A stretch of DNA of 64,000 nucleotides, taken from positions 256,001 to 320,000 of the forward strand of contig CAWKBC010000021.1 of assembly GCA_963847705.1 (NCBI GenBank), in the 5' to 3' direction. Origin of the DNA: an uncultured Pseudomonadota bacterium. GTDB lineage: Bacteria > Myxococcota_A > Polyangia > Fen-1088. Position numbers and translations under genes: made by a program. The notes beneath the pieces were generated by a model. That model saw only the letters and a list, made by a program, of their open reading frames with translations. It was not told the DNA's origin and searched no databases. Of the stretch, positions 1-10,079 are shown piece by piece; position 1 is the stretch's first letter, and the number at the start of each line of letters is the position of its first letter.

Positions 1-1524
1 CTTCGTCAGGTGTTGGTCGAACCCGGCCGCCTGGCTCGCCAGGATGTCTGCCTCTGTACCGTAGCCGCTGAGCGCGATGGCCTTCAACGGGCGCTTCGAC
101 TTCAGCTTCCTGAGCAGGAGACGGCCGTCGAGATCTGGGAGCCCGATGTCGCTAATGATCACCCGAACGTCGTCCAGCTCCGTCGCCAGTGCCGCGTTGG
201 CGGTGGCCGCGAGCTTAACCCGGTAGCCCTGCGACTCCAGGACGGACGACAGCGCTTCCGCCAGGTCCGGCTCGTCCTCGACGATCAGGATCTCCCCGGT
301 CGGCAGCCGCCGCGGCGAACGTTTGGGTGGAATGCGTACTAGGTGCTTGTGCGGAGCATCCTCGGCGGCCGGGGCCGGTAGCGCCGCGAGATTGACGAGG
401 AAGCGGGCGCCCCTGCCAGGGCCCGCGCTGTGCGCCGTGATCGTCCCACCGTGCAACTCGATCATTCCCCGCGAAATCGCCAACCCAAGTCCCAGCCCGC
501 CCGCTGCAGCGCCAGCCGAAGATGCCTGCTCGAAGCTCTCGAAGATCCGCGCAAGCGACTGCGGTTCGATCCCGATCCCGTCGTCGCTGACCTCCACGAT
601 CACGGAGTGTCCATTGTTCCAGGAGCGCAAGGTGACGTGGCCGTTCTCCGGAGTGAACTTCAACGCGTTCTTCACCAAGTTGACGAAAACCTGCCGCAGG
701 CGGGCGGGATCGCCATTCACCCGATGCCGAATCGCCTCCAGCGCGACGGTGACCGACAGGCGCCGGGCAACCGCCTCGGCCATCAGCATCTCCGACGCCT
801 CCCGTACCACCGCGTGGATGTCGGTGATCTCGCGGTGCAAAGTGATCTTCCCACTCGCGATCCGGCTGACATCCAGCAGATCGTCGATGAGACGGGCCTC
901 GCGCAAGACATTCCGTTTGATGATCTCGCAGAGCCTCGCAACGTTTCTACCCGAGCGCACCTCGTTCTCGAGACTGGAGATCGCGGCCAGCACAGGTGCC
1001 AGCGGGGCACGGAGCTCGTGGCTCAAGGTAGCGATGAATCGATCCTTTGCAGCGCTCACGTTCCGCGCTGCACGTTCTGCCTCCTCGAGACGAGCGTGTT
1101 CGCTCTCGGCACGCCTCTGGGCGCCAATGTCGAACAGCACCATCCAGAACGGGCCTTCGGCAGCGTTGGTTCGCCGGGTCTCCAGGCGAGCATGGAGCTG
1201 ATCACCGCGCCTCGGCTGGAGCCGCAGCTCGCTGATAGCCACGCCGTCGGAGGCTACCCGCGACAGGTGGGCGGAGAGTGCTCCCCGATCGGACTGCATC
1301 ACCCAGGACCGCAAGGGCAGCCCCATCGCCCCAGACGGATCGACACCCAACAGTGCGCCGGCCTTGACGTTGAGGGCCCTGACGACACCTTGGTGATCGA
1401 CCATGGCGTAAGCGACGGGCGCTTCGTCGAACAGTTCGGACCGGGTCGCCGGGGCCTTCGCCCGGCCTTGCTGTCCGGCTCGAGGCGCCTTCCCGCGACC
1501 TTGGAAAGATCGTGCGCTAACCAT
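1..1524 (-). CDS. Hybrid sensor histidine kinase (PAS-HisKA-HATPase-REC), runs off the window edge
   Basis: Absent from the ORF track, so translated by hand from the ATG at 1524, which overlaps the CheBR stop. Motifs: LFDEAPVAYAMVD (PAS), FIATLSHELRAPL (H-box), NLVKNALKFT, DDGIGI, GGLGLGLAI, then receiver ILIVEDEPD..SDIGLPD..ALSGYG..FDQHLTK. Confidence 0.9.
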   Translation of the reverse strand, partial: MVSARSFQGRGKAPRAGQQGRAKAPATRSELFDEAPVAYAMVDHQGVVRALNVKAGALLGVDPSGAMGLPLRSWVMQSDRGALSAHLSRVASDGVAISELRLQPRRGDQLHARLETRRTNAAEGPFWMVLFDIGAQRRAESEHARLEEAERAARNVSAAKDRFIATLSHELRAPLAPVLAAISSLENEVRSGRNVARLCEIIKRNVLREARLIDDLLDVSRIASGKITLHREITDIHAVVREASEMLMAEAVARRLSVTVALEAIRHRVNGDPARLRQVFVNLVKNALKFTPENGHVTLRSWNNGHSVIVEVSDDGIGIEPQSLARIFESFEQASSAGAAAGGLGLGLAISRGMIELHGGTITAHSAGPGRGARFLVNLAALPAPAAEDAPHKHLVRIPPKRSPRRLPTGEILIVEDEPDLAEALSSVLESQGYRVKLAATANAALATELDDVRVIISDIGLPDLDGRLLLRKLKSKRPLKAIALSGYGTEADILASQAAGFDQHLTK

Positions 1525-4489
1525 TGCTCGCCCCCTCCTTCCCCCGGACCATAAGTACTAAAAGGTTCCCACCGCCATCTTCAGACTCGATTCGTCTGAC
1601 CCGAAGCGTGGTCTGGCTTCCTCCGCCTCGGCCCGGTCCGGCCTCGCCGAGGGTAAACTCGGCGGTCGGTTTGCGTGTAGTCACAATGTCCTTGAGCTTT
1701 CGCGCGAGGTCACCGTCCCTCGTGCTCCCCAAGGTCCCGAGACCGCGCATCTTCGCCTTCCCCGGCGATACGCCAAAGGCTTTCTGGAAGGCGGGGTTGG
1801 TCCGCATGATCCGGAGTCGATCGTCGAGCAATGCGATCGGCTCGACCGTGTCGTCGAAGATCGCCTCGCTGAGCTTGCGCCCCACCTTGGCCGTGGAGAG
1901 GTCGATGAGGGTGAGGACCGCGCCGTCGATCCGGTTATCCACGCTCTTATAGGGGCGGATGCGGAGCGCGTACACGTTGCCTTGTTGGTCGGTGACCTCC
2001 CGCTCCTGTACCGTCACCGTTTCAATGGCGTCGGCGATCAGCTCTTCCAAGTTGGGACACTGAATATTGGGCTTGATGTGCGCGATTGGTCGCCCGAGAT
2101 CACCGGGGATGAGGTTCAGCATCTTCTCGGCGGCGGGGGTGAAGCGCCGGATGCGCAGATCCGTCGTGACCATCACGATGGCAATGTGAATGCTGGCCAA
2201 GAGATTGGTGAGGTCTCCGTTTGCTCGCGAGAGCTCATCGTTGCGCGAACGTAGCTCATCGTTGAGTGTGTTGAGCTCTTCGTTGGTCGATTGCAGCTCC
2301 TCCCGGGCGGTGTCAAGCTCTTCATTGGTGGATTGTAATTCCTCATTGCTGGAAAGGATCTCCTCGTTGGCCGACTGTAGCTCTTCGTTCGCACCCTCCA
2401 AATCTTCGATAATCGACTGCAGATATTCCCGGTTGGCCACCAGCTCGGTTTCAAGCTGCTTAATCGTGTCGGACGAGTTAGCCGTGGCAGACCGCGTGAC
2501 CGCCTTGCTACCCCGTGTCGTTCGCGAGCCGACCCTTCCGCGGGAGAGCGCCGGTTCCTCGAAGAGCACTAGGAAGCGTCGGTCACTGCCGGTCCCGATT
2601 GGCGTGATGTCGACGTTCACCAGGTATGTCGAGCCATCCGAACGAACGTGCAGTTTCTCTTTGCGAACGCGCGTGTTCCGGGTGCGCGCTTCGCGCAGCG
2701 CGGTTCGCAAAGCGTAGAGCAGCCCTTCGCGCACCATTTTCAAGAGCTCGAGCTTCGCCTCGCCGCTCGACAGCTCCAGGTAACGGCCAGTGCGTCCGCG
2801 CGTCCGAATAATGTGAAACTCGTTGTCCACAAGTACCCCCGGCGGACCGTAGCGATCGAGGATCAGCCGGTTCACCTCCGAGCCGGCGCCTTCCTCGCGG
2901 TTGGCCGGGGTGACTCGAGCCGATCGGGGCCGTTCGGGAAGGGAGAGCGCGGGGACCGCTGCCCCGAAGTCCAGGTGACCGGTCAAGACCGCCGGCTTCT
3001 TGGCGTAGATCTTCTGCTTCTTGTCGACGAGCGAGAAGAGATCGGCGTGCGCGCTGGTGGTCTCGGATCGGCCCAGCATCAGGAATCCCGTCGGCCTGAG
3101 TCCATAGTGAAAAACCGTCATGACCTTCCGCTGCAACGGATAGCCGAGGTAGATCAAAAGATTGCGACAAACAATCAGGTCGAGCTTCGAGAAGGGCGGA
3201 TCTCGCGTGAGGTCCTGGCGCGAGAACACACAATGCTCGCGGAGGCTCTTGTTGATCCGGATTTTGCCTTCTGCGGGGGTGAAGAAATGGCGCAGGCGCG
3301 AGGAACCGATGTCCGGTCCGGCCGACTCGAGGTAGAGGCCTGCTCGTGCCCGATCGATCATGCGCTGGCTGACGTCAGTGCCGAAGATCTGGAACTGGAC
3401 GTTGTCGGAGCGTTGGCCGAGGAACTCGGAAAGCCCGATGGCCAGCGAATAGACCTCCTCTCCCGACGAACACCCGGGGACCCAGACGCGGATCGGGCCG
3501 TCCCCCTCACGCGCTTCGAGGATTTTTGGAAAGAAGTCCTCTTGCAGCGCCTCGAACGCCTCGGGCTCGCGAAAGAAGCTGGTGACGTGAATGAGCAGAT
3601 CTTCGTACAGCTCCTCGGCCTCCCGTGGCTGCTTGTGCAGAAGGCTGATATAGCTTTCTAGATCGACGAGCCGATGGAGCGCCATCCGCCGCTGAATGCG
3701 CCGCAGGATGGTGGGGAGTTTGTAGTGGGTGAAGTCGACGCCGGAGGTCTTGCGCAGGATCTGAAAGAGCTGCCGCACGCTGGCTGGCGGCTGGTCGTCC
3801 TCCGGCACTACCGGTGGGCCGGAGCCAAGTAGAAAAGGATGGGTGCAGAGGCGAATTAGCTCGGCCCGTATGCGCTCGACGGGCAGTACGGCATCGGTGG
3901 CGCCAGCCGCGATCGCAGCGCGTGGCATGCTGTCGAACTTGGCCTCGGTCGGCTCCTGGACGAAGGTGATTCCTCCAGCGGCTTTCACCTCGGCCAGCCC
4001 GAGCGCGCCGTCCGACGCAGTCCCAGAAAGGACGATCGCGATGGCGCGCTCCTGAAAGTGGGCCGCCAGGGACTTGAAGAAGTAGTCGATCGGGGTGTAC
4101 TGGGTCTTGTCCTTCGGCCTCTCCTCGACCTGGAGCCTGCCATCCGCGATTCCCATTCGCGCGTCGGGCGGGATAACGTAGACGTGCGCCGGCTCGATCT
4201 CCATGCCGTCGTGGGCCTGAATGATGGGGAGCGCGCTGGCCGTCCCCAAGATCTCGGCCAGGTGGCTCTCGTGCGTTGGCGAGAGGTGCTGGACGAGGAC
4301 CAAAGCCAGCCGAGTTCCCGCTGGGATTGTTTTCAGTAACTTGGAGAACGCTTCGAGGCCGCCAGCCGAAGCCCCTACGCCGACGACGGGAAAGGGAGAC
4401 CGGTCCATGACCTTCTTGCCCCGGACGCGACCGCGACTCTTGGGGAACGAACCGCGATCCGACTTTCTGCGCGCGACGGGCAGTTTCAT
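1517..4489 (-). CDS. CheB methylesterase / CheR methyltransferase / PAS fusion (CheBR type)
   Basis: VGVGASAGG, LVQHL and LSGTASDG (CheB); VTSFFRE, WVPGCSSGEEVYS and CRNLLIY (CheR); ELQSTNEEL coiled-coil repeats; C-terminal PAS domains. Confidence 0.93.
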   Translation of the reverse strand: MKLPVARRKSDRGSFPKSRGRVRGKKVMDRSPFPVVGVGASAGGLEAFSKLLKTIPAGTRLALVLVQHLSPTHESHLAEILGTASALPIIQAHDGMEIEPAHVYVIPPDARMGIADGRLQVEERPKDKTQYTPIDYFFKSLAAHFQERAIAIVLSGTASDGALGLAEVKAAGGITFVQEPTEAKFDSMPRAAIAAGATDAVLPVERIRAELIRLCTHPFLLGSGPPVVPEDDQPPASVRQLFQILRKTSGVDFTHYKLPTILRRIQRRMALHRLVDLESYISLLHKQPREAEELYEDLLIHVTSFFREPEAFEALQEDFFPKILEAREGDGPIRVWVPGCSSGEEVYSLAIGLSEFLGQRSDNVQFQIFGTDVSQRMIDRARAGLYLESAGPDIGSSRLRHFFTPAEGKIRINKSLREHCVFSRQDLTRDPPFSKLDLIVCRNLLIYLGYPLQRKVMTVFHYGLRPTGFLMLGRSETTSAHADLFSLVDKKQKIYAKKPAVLTGHLDFGAAVPALSLPERPRSARVTPANREEGAGSEVNRLILDRYGPPGVLVDNEFHIIRTRGRTGRYLELSSGEAKLELLKMVREGLLYALRTALREARTRNTRVRKEKLHVRSDGSTYLVNVDITPIGTGSDRRFLVLFEEPALSRGRVGSRTTRGSKAVTRSATANSSDTIKQLETELVANREYLQSIIEDLEGANEELQSANEEILSSNEELQSTNEELDTAREELQSTNEELNTLNDELRSRNDELSRANGDLTNLLASIHIAIVMVTTDLRIRRFTPAAEKMLNLIPGDLGRPIAHIKPNIQCPNLEELIADAIETVTVQEREVTDQQGNVYALRIRPYKSVDNRIDGAVLTLIDLSTAKVGRKLSEAIFDDTVEPIALLDDRLRIMRTNPAFQKAFGVSPGKAKMRGLGTLGSTRDGDLARKLKDIVTTRKPTAEFTLGEAGPGRGGGSQTTLRVRRIESEDGGGNLLVLMVRGKEGASNG

Positions 4490-4597
4490 ATTCCGAACAA
4501 CCTAGATGCTCGTCCCGTCCTTGTCGTTCTGGAAACCGTCCTTACCGTAACGTACAAGATTGAGGAAACAACTGAAAAATAAGCCATCGCGACAATC

Positions 4598-5260
4598 ATG
4601 AAACGACTTAGGCGCTCGGCGCTGCTGTCGAGACAGATGAAAGCACTTGCGGAGAGGGGGGCGACCGGCGCCGCGTTGCGGATGTTCGTGCACGACATCC
4701 TCAACCCCATCGCCACTATCCGCTTCACAGCTAGCGCGCTTCGCATGAGCAAGACGTTGACAGACCGTGAGCTAGCTGACGTTCGGCGGATGGAGGAGGC
4801 GGGCGGAATGGTCGCCAAGATGATCGCGCCCCTGGCAGTGGAGGCGGACCTGGCGATGAGGGGCGTTCCCGAGCGGCAGCTCCTGGATCTCCATGTCCTG
4901 TGTTGCGAGCTCGCCGAACAGTATGGCCCCCAGGGCCATGCGATTTACTGTCGTGCATTCGGTGATCCCCGAGGTACGTGGGATCGCGCCCAAATCACCC
5001 GCGTGGTATCCGAACTGCTCCGCTTGACCCTCTCGAATCTCGGCAAGAGATCGTCCCTGAACATCATCGTGACCGGTCTCCGCCGCCATGTCCGTCTCGA
5101 CCTGCACGGTCTCGGCTGCTTGACCGAGAAGAAGCGGCGGGATTGTCTGGAAGAGCCGTCGCGAATCCTGAGCCAGTCGGGCAGTTCCATCGGGGCGACC
5201 ATCACGGCGACGGTCTCCACCACAGGCGGGACGATCCTTACGTTGCGGCTACCGAAGTAG
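4598..5260 (+). CDS. Degenerate histidine-kinase-like protein (HisKA-like His retained, ATP-binding boxes eroded)
   Basis: FVHDILNPIATI H-box, WDRAQITRVVSELL and a terminal GGTILTLRLPK are present; canonical N, G1 and G2 boxes are not. Confidence 0.6.
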   Translation: MKRLRRSALLSRQMKALAERGATGAALRMFVHDILNPIATIRFTASALRMSKTLTDRELADVRRMEEAGGMVAKMIAPLAVEADLAMRGVPERQLLDLHVLCCELAEQYGPQGHAIYCRAFGDPRGTWDRAQITRVVSELLRLTLSNLGKRSSLNIIVTGLRRHVRLDLHGLGCLTEKKRRDCLEEPSRILSQSGSSIGATITATVSTTGGTILTLRLPK

Positions 5261-5713
5261 AACCCCGGCCATGTCGCGCTCGTGGGTGGCGCCTTACGTG
5301 CCTACCTTGCCACCGTGGCCGGACCTGGACGATGTCGATTAGGAAGCGAAGGAGGGCGATCGCGGCCGCACCGAGGTCCACGCATGCAACCGCCCGACGG
5401 TGCCAGGGCTCTTGCCGCCACCCCCGGCCGCCCAACGGCACCCGCACCATAAACCCCCTATTTTCGGCGGTCTCCATCGTCGCTACGGTTTTGCTGTCAC
5501 TGCGCGGGCCGCGCCGTCGGAGAATATCCTGGCGGCAGGAGTGGAGGATGGAGTTATTGCCCCCCAACACCCGCTATCGACGAGACGGCCGAGGCTCGAC
5601 GAGGAATGGCGGGTATCGACCTGAGTTGACCGCGGTATCCTGGCCAAGATCAGGTTGAGGACATTCGCGGCCCACTCCCTGTTTTCGAGAGACGTGCGAC
5701 TCCGCGAGGTTGA

Positions 5714-6139
5714 CTACCTTCGAGCGAGCCCCTGCTGCGTGAGAGCCACAGCCTCGCCCGGAGCAAATGGCGCGACATTAGCGTACGTGAACATGCCAAA
5801 GGTCCCATCGTCGAACCGCACCAGCACCTGATAATCACGGTGCTCGTAGGAGCCCTGGCTGGCGGCGGCGCCCACCGCGGCACCAGCCGCGGCCCCGAAG
5901 AGTCTCGAGGGACCCCGACCTCCGAAGAGGATTCCACCGAGCAGTCCACCGAGTAAGGCGCCACCTGCAGGATTTCCTTCGACGTGGTGGACGACTTCCT
6001 GAACGGACTCGACTCTCCCGGTCCGCGGCGCACCACCGACTGATGGCTGGTCGGTCCAGGTCGTGGTCGTGGCGCACGCCAAGCCCACCGCGGCCAGTAA
6101 AGCGGTCGCCGTCACCGCGGCTCGCGATTCGCGCTTCAT
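5714..6139 (-). CDS. Glycine-zipper (2TM) lipoprotein
   Basis: Lipobox-like GLAC; GGALLGGLLGGILFG..GAAAGAAVGAAAS; C-terminal YQVLVRFDDG. Confidence 0.8.
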   Translation of the reverse strand: MKRESRAAVTATALLAAVGLACATTTTWTDQPSVGGAPRTGRVESVQEVVHHVEGNPAGGALLGGLLGGILFGGRGPSRLFGAAAGAAVGAAASQGSYEHRDYQVLVRFDDGTFGMFTYANVAPFAPGEAVALTQQGLARR

Positions 6140-6417
6140 GGCGTCTGGCTAGAAGGCGAGCCCGCCTTTTGCGTCCCGGCATTGGGCTCGGCCATCGCGG
6201 CGGCACTTCGCGAGATCTGCCGGCCCCGGAACGCGACGAACACTACCACAATCAGCGCGGCGACCAAGACCAGGGCCGCGATCGTGACCTCCACTCGCTT
6301 GCCACGGCCGCGATGGATGCTCTTTTCGAACTTCTTGTCGGATTGGTCCTCGTCCGTTTCCATGGTCAACTCTACGCCGTCAATTGTGGTCTCGCCAATG
6401 AAGGTCGAGTCGAGCAA
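6136..6417 (-). CDS. Small single-TM hypothetical protein
   Basis: Hydrophobic stretch IAALVLVAALIVVVFVAF; ATGA overlap with the next gene; start uncertain. Confidence 0.5.
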   Translation of the reverse strand: MLDSTFIGETTIDGVELTMETDEDQSDKKFEKSIHRGRGKRVEVTIAALVLVAALIVVVFVAFRGRQISRSAAAMAEPNAGTQKAGSPSSQTP

Positions 6418-6448
6418 AGACTGAGCGTGTCGCCGATCACGCCGTCGT

Positions 6449-6664
6449 TCATGGGGTTGAGCCTGAGGTGAGCGCCGAGTATTTGTCCTCGAACATCAAA
6501 TCGGGCGCGGACGGCAGGTCGTCCTGAAGAGCGCTTGGCTCCACCACGATCGATAGTTTCTTCATGTCGAAGCCGGCGCGCTGGAGGGCTCGAATGGCGG
6601 CTTCGGCGTCCGTATGCCGCTCGAATACCGCCACGCAGCTCCCTTCGTTCACGTTCTCGGCCAT
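6449..6664 (-). pseudogene. Truncated general stress protein (DUF1269/GsiB-17M-like N-terminus)
   Basis: RBS GAGGAG, then MAENVNEGSCVAVFERHTDAEAAIRALQRAGFDMKKLSIV; similarity stops abruptly and the usual Gly-rich membrane part is absent. Confidence 0.6.
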
Positions 6665-7119
6665 CGTTTTCTCCTCGGAGCCGACACTGAGGCCGATCCT
6701 GGCCTCGTCAATCGACGAATTGGTCAAGTGTCTCAGCGCCCTGCCGTGCAGGAGGTCACTGCGCCGGCAATCGTCGGCGGCCGATTTCCAGCCCGGGAGC
6801 GCGACGCTCTCGCGCGACTGGACCACACACGGTGGGTACCAACGGCCCCGGCGGCGGTGAGAATCCGCCGATGGTCAGACGTGCCGATCAAGACCGGCCT
6901 GCCGCGGCACGGGGCGAGATTGAGCTCTGGTAACCGCGTCGCGTCCCAAACCCGCCCAAGAGCGCCGTTTTCACGGCGATCACAAGCTCGACGGCAGGCG
7001 ATGAAGACGGGCGGCGAAGAAATTAGACGAGCGTTGACCGAGTGGCTCGCCGTCGCATGTTGAATGCAGGGCGTCCCGCCGACGAAACGCGGACGGCCGA
7101 GAAAGGGGCGAACGCAGCC

Positions 7120-7389
7120 ATGTACTACTGGTGGGGAATGAGCTTCATCTGGTGGATCTTCTGGATCGCTTTGATCGGGATCTTCTTTTCTCTGGCCACG
7201 CCCGTCCGGCGCGGCAACGCCCGGGCTTATGACGACCCCTTGTCGATCCTTCGGCACCGCTACGCCGCGGGCGAGATCACGACAGAGGAATACGAGGACC
7301 GAAAGTTGCGACTGAAACAGGACATGCGCGACCAGATCTCCGGTACCTCTCGGCAACCACCGCGGATCGACCGGCACCAACCGGCCTGA
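7120..7389 (+). CDS. SHOCT-domain membrane protein
   Basis: MYYWWGMSFIWWIFW TM segment plus PLSILRHRYAAGEITTEEYEDRK (SHOCT). Confidence 0.85.
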   Translation: MYYWWGMSFIWWIFWIALIGIFFSLATPVRRGNARAYDDPLSILRHRYAAGEITTEEYEDRKLRLKQDMRDQISGTSRQPPRIDRHQPA

Positions 7390-7946
7390 TTGGTGTGACT
7401 CTCTGCGAAGTCCGCAGGGGAATTGAGGCCGCCACAGGACCGCCGGCTGCACCGGCGCACCGGACCACCTGTACGAAACCTCATTGTGGCGGTTGGATCA
7501 CTGAGACCGACCTATACGTGTCGGCCGTCCCCGCCGCAAGCGACGGGAGCTCTGGAGAGGGCGTTCACGTCGCGAGCTGACGTCCGTCCGCAATTCTTGC
7601 GGGCGGCTCCTTGTGAGACGCAGCGCCTGGCGTCAGGGCGCGCGGTAGAGTCCCTCATCTATCCAGCATCTTCTCGCCGGCCGCCTCGCTCGACGCGTGC
7701 ATGCGCTGGATCGCAGAGAGGCAACCCCTGAGCGCTCGAACGTCAAGCGCTCAGTCAACACATCGATCTCTTGCTCGCGCTTCCTCAGAGCCTCATCACT
7801 TGTACCCAGCGCGGGCACAGATCGCGTAAGTGGAAGCCGTCCGGTCGAGCTGACAAAGAAACCCGAGCTCGAGCACGCGCGGGGGGGGCGGGCGGTGGCG
7901 CTTGGCGTCCTGATGAGCAAGGTCAATGGACCAAATGGGGGTGAGA

Positions 7947-8465
7947 ATGAAGAATGATGCTGCAACCGGGCGGGCTCGGCTCTCCGAGATCATGACGAAG
8001 TTCAGCACCGCCATGCTTGTTACGCGCGCCTTGGACGGTCAGTTGCGCGCCCGACCACTCAGCTTCGCCGGCGAGCACGACGGGCTGCTTTGCTTCTCGA
8101 CCAGCGCCGAGTCACCGAAGGTCGACGAGCTGGGCGACGACCCGCGCGTGGCCGTCACGATGCAGGATGACGCTCACTACGTGTCCGTCTCAGGGACGGC
8201 CGAGCTGAGCGACGACCCGGCGCTGATCGAACAGTTCTGGCGCGAGCCCTGGCGCGTGTGGTTTCCGGAGGGAAAGCGCGACCCTTCGCTTCGCATCCTG
8301 CGGATCACCCCGACGCTGGCGGAGTACTGGGACCAAAGCGGCGCGCGAGGGATCAAGTACCTCATCGAGATGGCGAAGGCCTATGCGACGGGCACGAAGC
8401 CGGATTCGGGCGCCTCGAGCGACGACGTGAAGGTGACTCTCGACCACCCCGGCACCCGGGGATAA
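7947..8465 (+). CDS. Pyridoxamine 5'-phosphate oxidase-like general stress protein (Gsp26/YzzA type)
   Basis: AMLVTR..LRARPL, KVDEL..DPRV, YVSVSG, WFPEGKRDP, AEYWD. Confidence 0.85.
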   Translation: MKNDAATGRARLSEIMTKFSTAMLVTRALDGQLRARPLSFAGEHDGLLCFSTSAESPKVDELGDDPRVAVTMQDDAHYVSVSGTAELSDDPALIEQFWREPWRVWFPEGKRDPSLRILRITPTLAEYWDQSGARGIKYLIEMAKAYATGTKPDSGASSDDVKVTLDHPGTRG

Positions 8466-8516
8466 CGAAAACGCGATCTCAGTCACCAGTGGAGACGGAT
8501 TGCATCGGAGACCGCC

Positions 8517-9668
8517 ATGGAAACCCAGGAAGCAAGCATGAATGAGGCGCGAAGGATGGCTCTCGCCGCAGCACTCGACCTGCACCACTCAGAGATCATC
8601 GGCAATTGGCTGGCGCGCGTGCGCGAAGATGCGGAAAAGGCCGGACAGACCGTCAGCCCATCTGAGTTGCGCGACGGGATCGGCGACTACTTGAGCAATC
8701 TCGCCGAGGCGCTCCGCAACTCGGAGAGCGCAGAAACGAGTGGTACGGACGCCTGGAAGCGCGTCGCAAAAGAGCATGCCGTGACGCGTGTTCGTTTGGG
8801 ATTCGACATCGGTCACTTGGTTTACGAGTTCGTGACCCTGAGGCAGGTGGCTCAGCAGATCGCGATCGATTCCTCGGACGGCCTGCAGCTCGTCATGTTG
8901 GCAGATCTCGTCGACGCGGCGATCGCGACCTCCGTCAAGAGTTACGTCGAGTCACGAGACTACAGAACACGACAGCAGGAGGAAGAGCATGTCGGCTTCC
9001 TCACCCACGAGCTGCGCAATCCGCTGACGACGGCCAGCCTGGCCGCCTCGCAGCTGCGCAAAGATCCGGGGCTCACGCCACGGTCCTTGCGGATCCTCGA
9101 CCTTCTCGACCACGGGCTCGGTCGTATCAAGGCGCTCATCGAACAGGCCCTCTTCGCCGGCAAGCTCGCGGCCGGTCAGGCCCAACCGGTGCTCGAGGAC
9201 CTGCGCGCGGTCGACGTCATCGAAGAGGCATTGACCGCCGCGCGGGCTGAGGCCCGGCGCAAGGGCCTCGCGTTCGAGGTCTCTGTCGATCGCGCGGTGG
9301 TCGTCAAGGCCGATGCGAAATTGATGGTCTCCGCGATTCAAAACTTGGCAGACAACGCCGTCAAATATACCGATCATGGGAGGGTCGAGGTCACTCTCGA
9401 AGGTCGAGAAGGGCAGGCCGTCATTGACGTGCGGGACAATTGTCCTGGGATCTCTGATGCCGAGCTGGAAAGGATCTTCGAACCCTATGAACGCGGCAGC
9501 TCGGGAAAGCCGGGAACGGGATTGGGCTTGGCGATTGCGCGTCGCGCGATCGCGTCGATCGGTGGAACCATAGGCGCCGAATCCAAGGAGAAGCAGGGCT
9601 GTCATTTTTGGATCACGGTCCCGCTCGGCGCTGGCCATTCAGGCTTTCAAGCTACGAAAGGGGGATAG
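8517..9668 (+). CDS. Sensor histidine kinase with RsbRD_N-like N-terminal domain
   Basis: HAVTRVRLGFDI, THELRNPL, NLADNAVKYT, GTGLGLAI. Confidence 0.88.
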   Translation: METQEASMNEARRMALAAALDLHHSEIIGNWLARVREDAEKAGQTVSPSELRDGIGDYLSNLAEALRNSESAETSGTDAWKRVAKEHAVTRVRLGFDIGHLVYEFVTLRQVAQQIAIDSSDGLQLVMLADLVDAAIATSVKSYVESRDYRTRQQEEEHVGFLTHELRNPLTTASLAASQLRKDPGLTPRSLRILDLLDHGLGRIKALIEQALFAGKLAAGQAQPVLEDLRAVDVIEEALTAARAEARRKGLAFEVSVDRAVVVKADAKLMVSAIQNLADNAVKYTDHGRVEVTLEGREGQAVIDVRDNCPGISDAELERIFEPYERGSSGKPGTGLGLAIARRAIASIGGTIGAESKEKQGCHFWITVPLGAGHSGFQATKGG

Positions 9669-10079
9669 GTGGCGAAGATTTTTGTCATCAACGACGAGCC
9701 CGACTTGGTCGATATCGTCGCCATGGTGTTGCAGGCCGCAGGGCACGAGGCGAGAGTGTGCACCGAAGGGCTGAAAGCGCCCGAGATTGCGCGCCGCTAC
9801 TGCCCGGAGCTCATTCTTCTGGACTGGAAGCTTCGCGAAACCGACGGCGGTCGCGTCCTTTCCAGATTGCGGGCGGACGAGATGACTCGGTCTATCCCAG
9901 TCATCATCATGTCGGCCTCCCAAGAGGGGCCGATGCGCGCCCGAGAGGCTGGCGCCGACGCGTTCTTGCCGAAGCCCTTTGCTGCGGAGAGGTTGGTCGA
10001 TGTCGTCGCCGAAGTGCTGAAGGGATCGTCCAATGACGCCCGTTGCCATGCTTCCGAATCGACACGCTCGAGCTCCTGA
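9669..10079 (+). CDS. Single-domain response regulator
   Basis: IFVINDEPD, LILLDW, IIMSA, FLPKPF; abuts the kinase stop codon. Confidence 0.88.
   Translation: MAKIFVINDEPDLVDIVAMVLQAAGHEARVCTEGLKAPEIARRYCPELILLDWKLRETDGGRVLSRLRADEMTRSIPVIIMSASQEGPMRAREAGADAFLPKPFAAERLVDVVAEVLKGSSNDARCHASESTRSSS

Noticed and set aside
323-1554. Plus-strand ORFs of 292 and 374 aa
   Set aside because: They shadow the minus-strand hybrid kinase that the ORF track missed at the window edge.
5430-5500. CCCGCACCA resembling a tRNA 3' end
   Set aside because: No T-loop upstream and too short to be significant.
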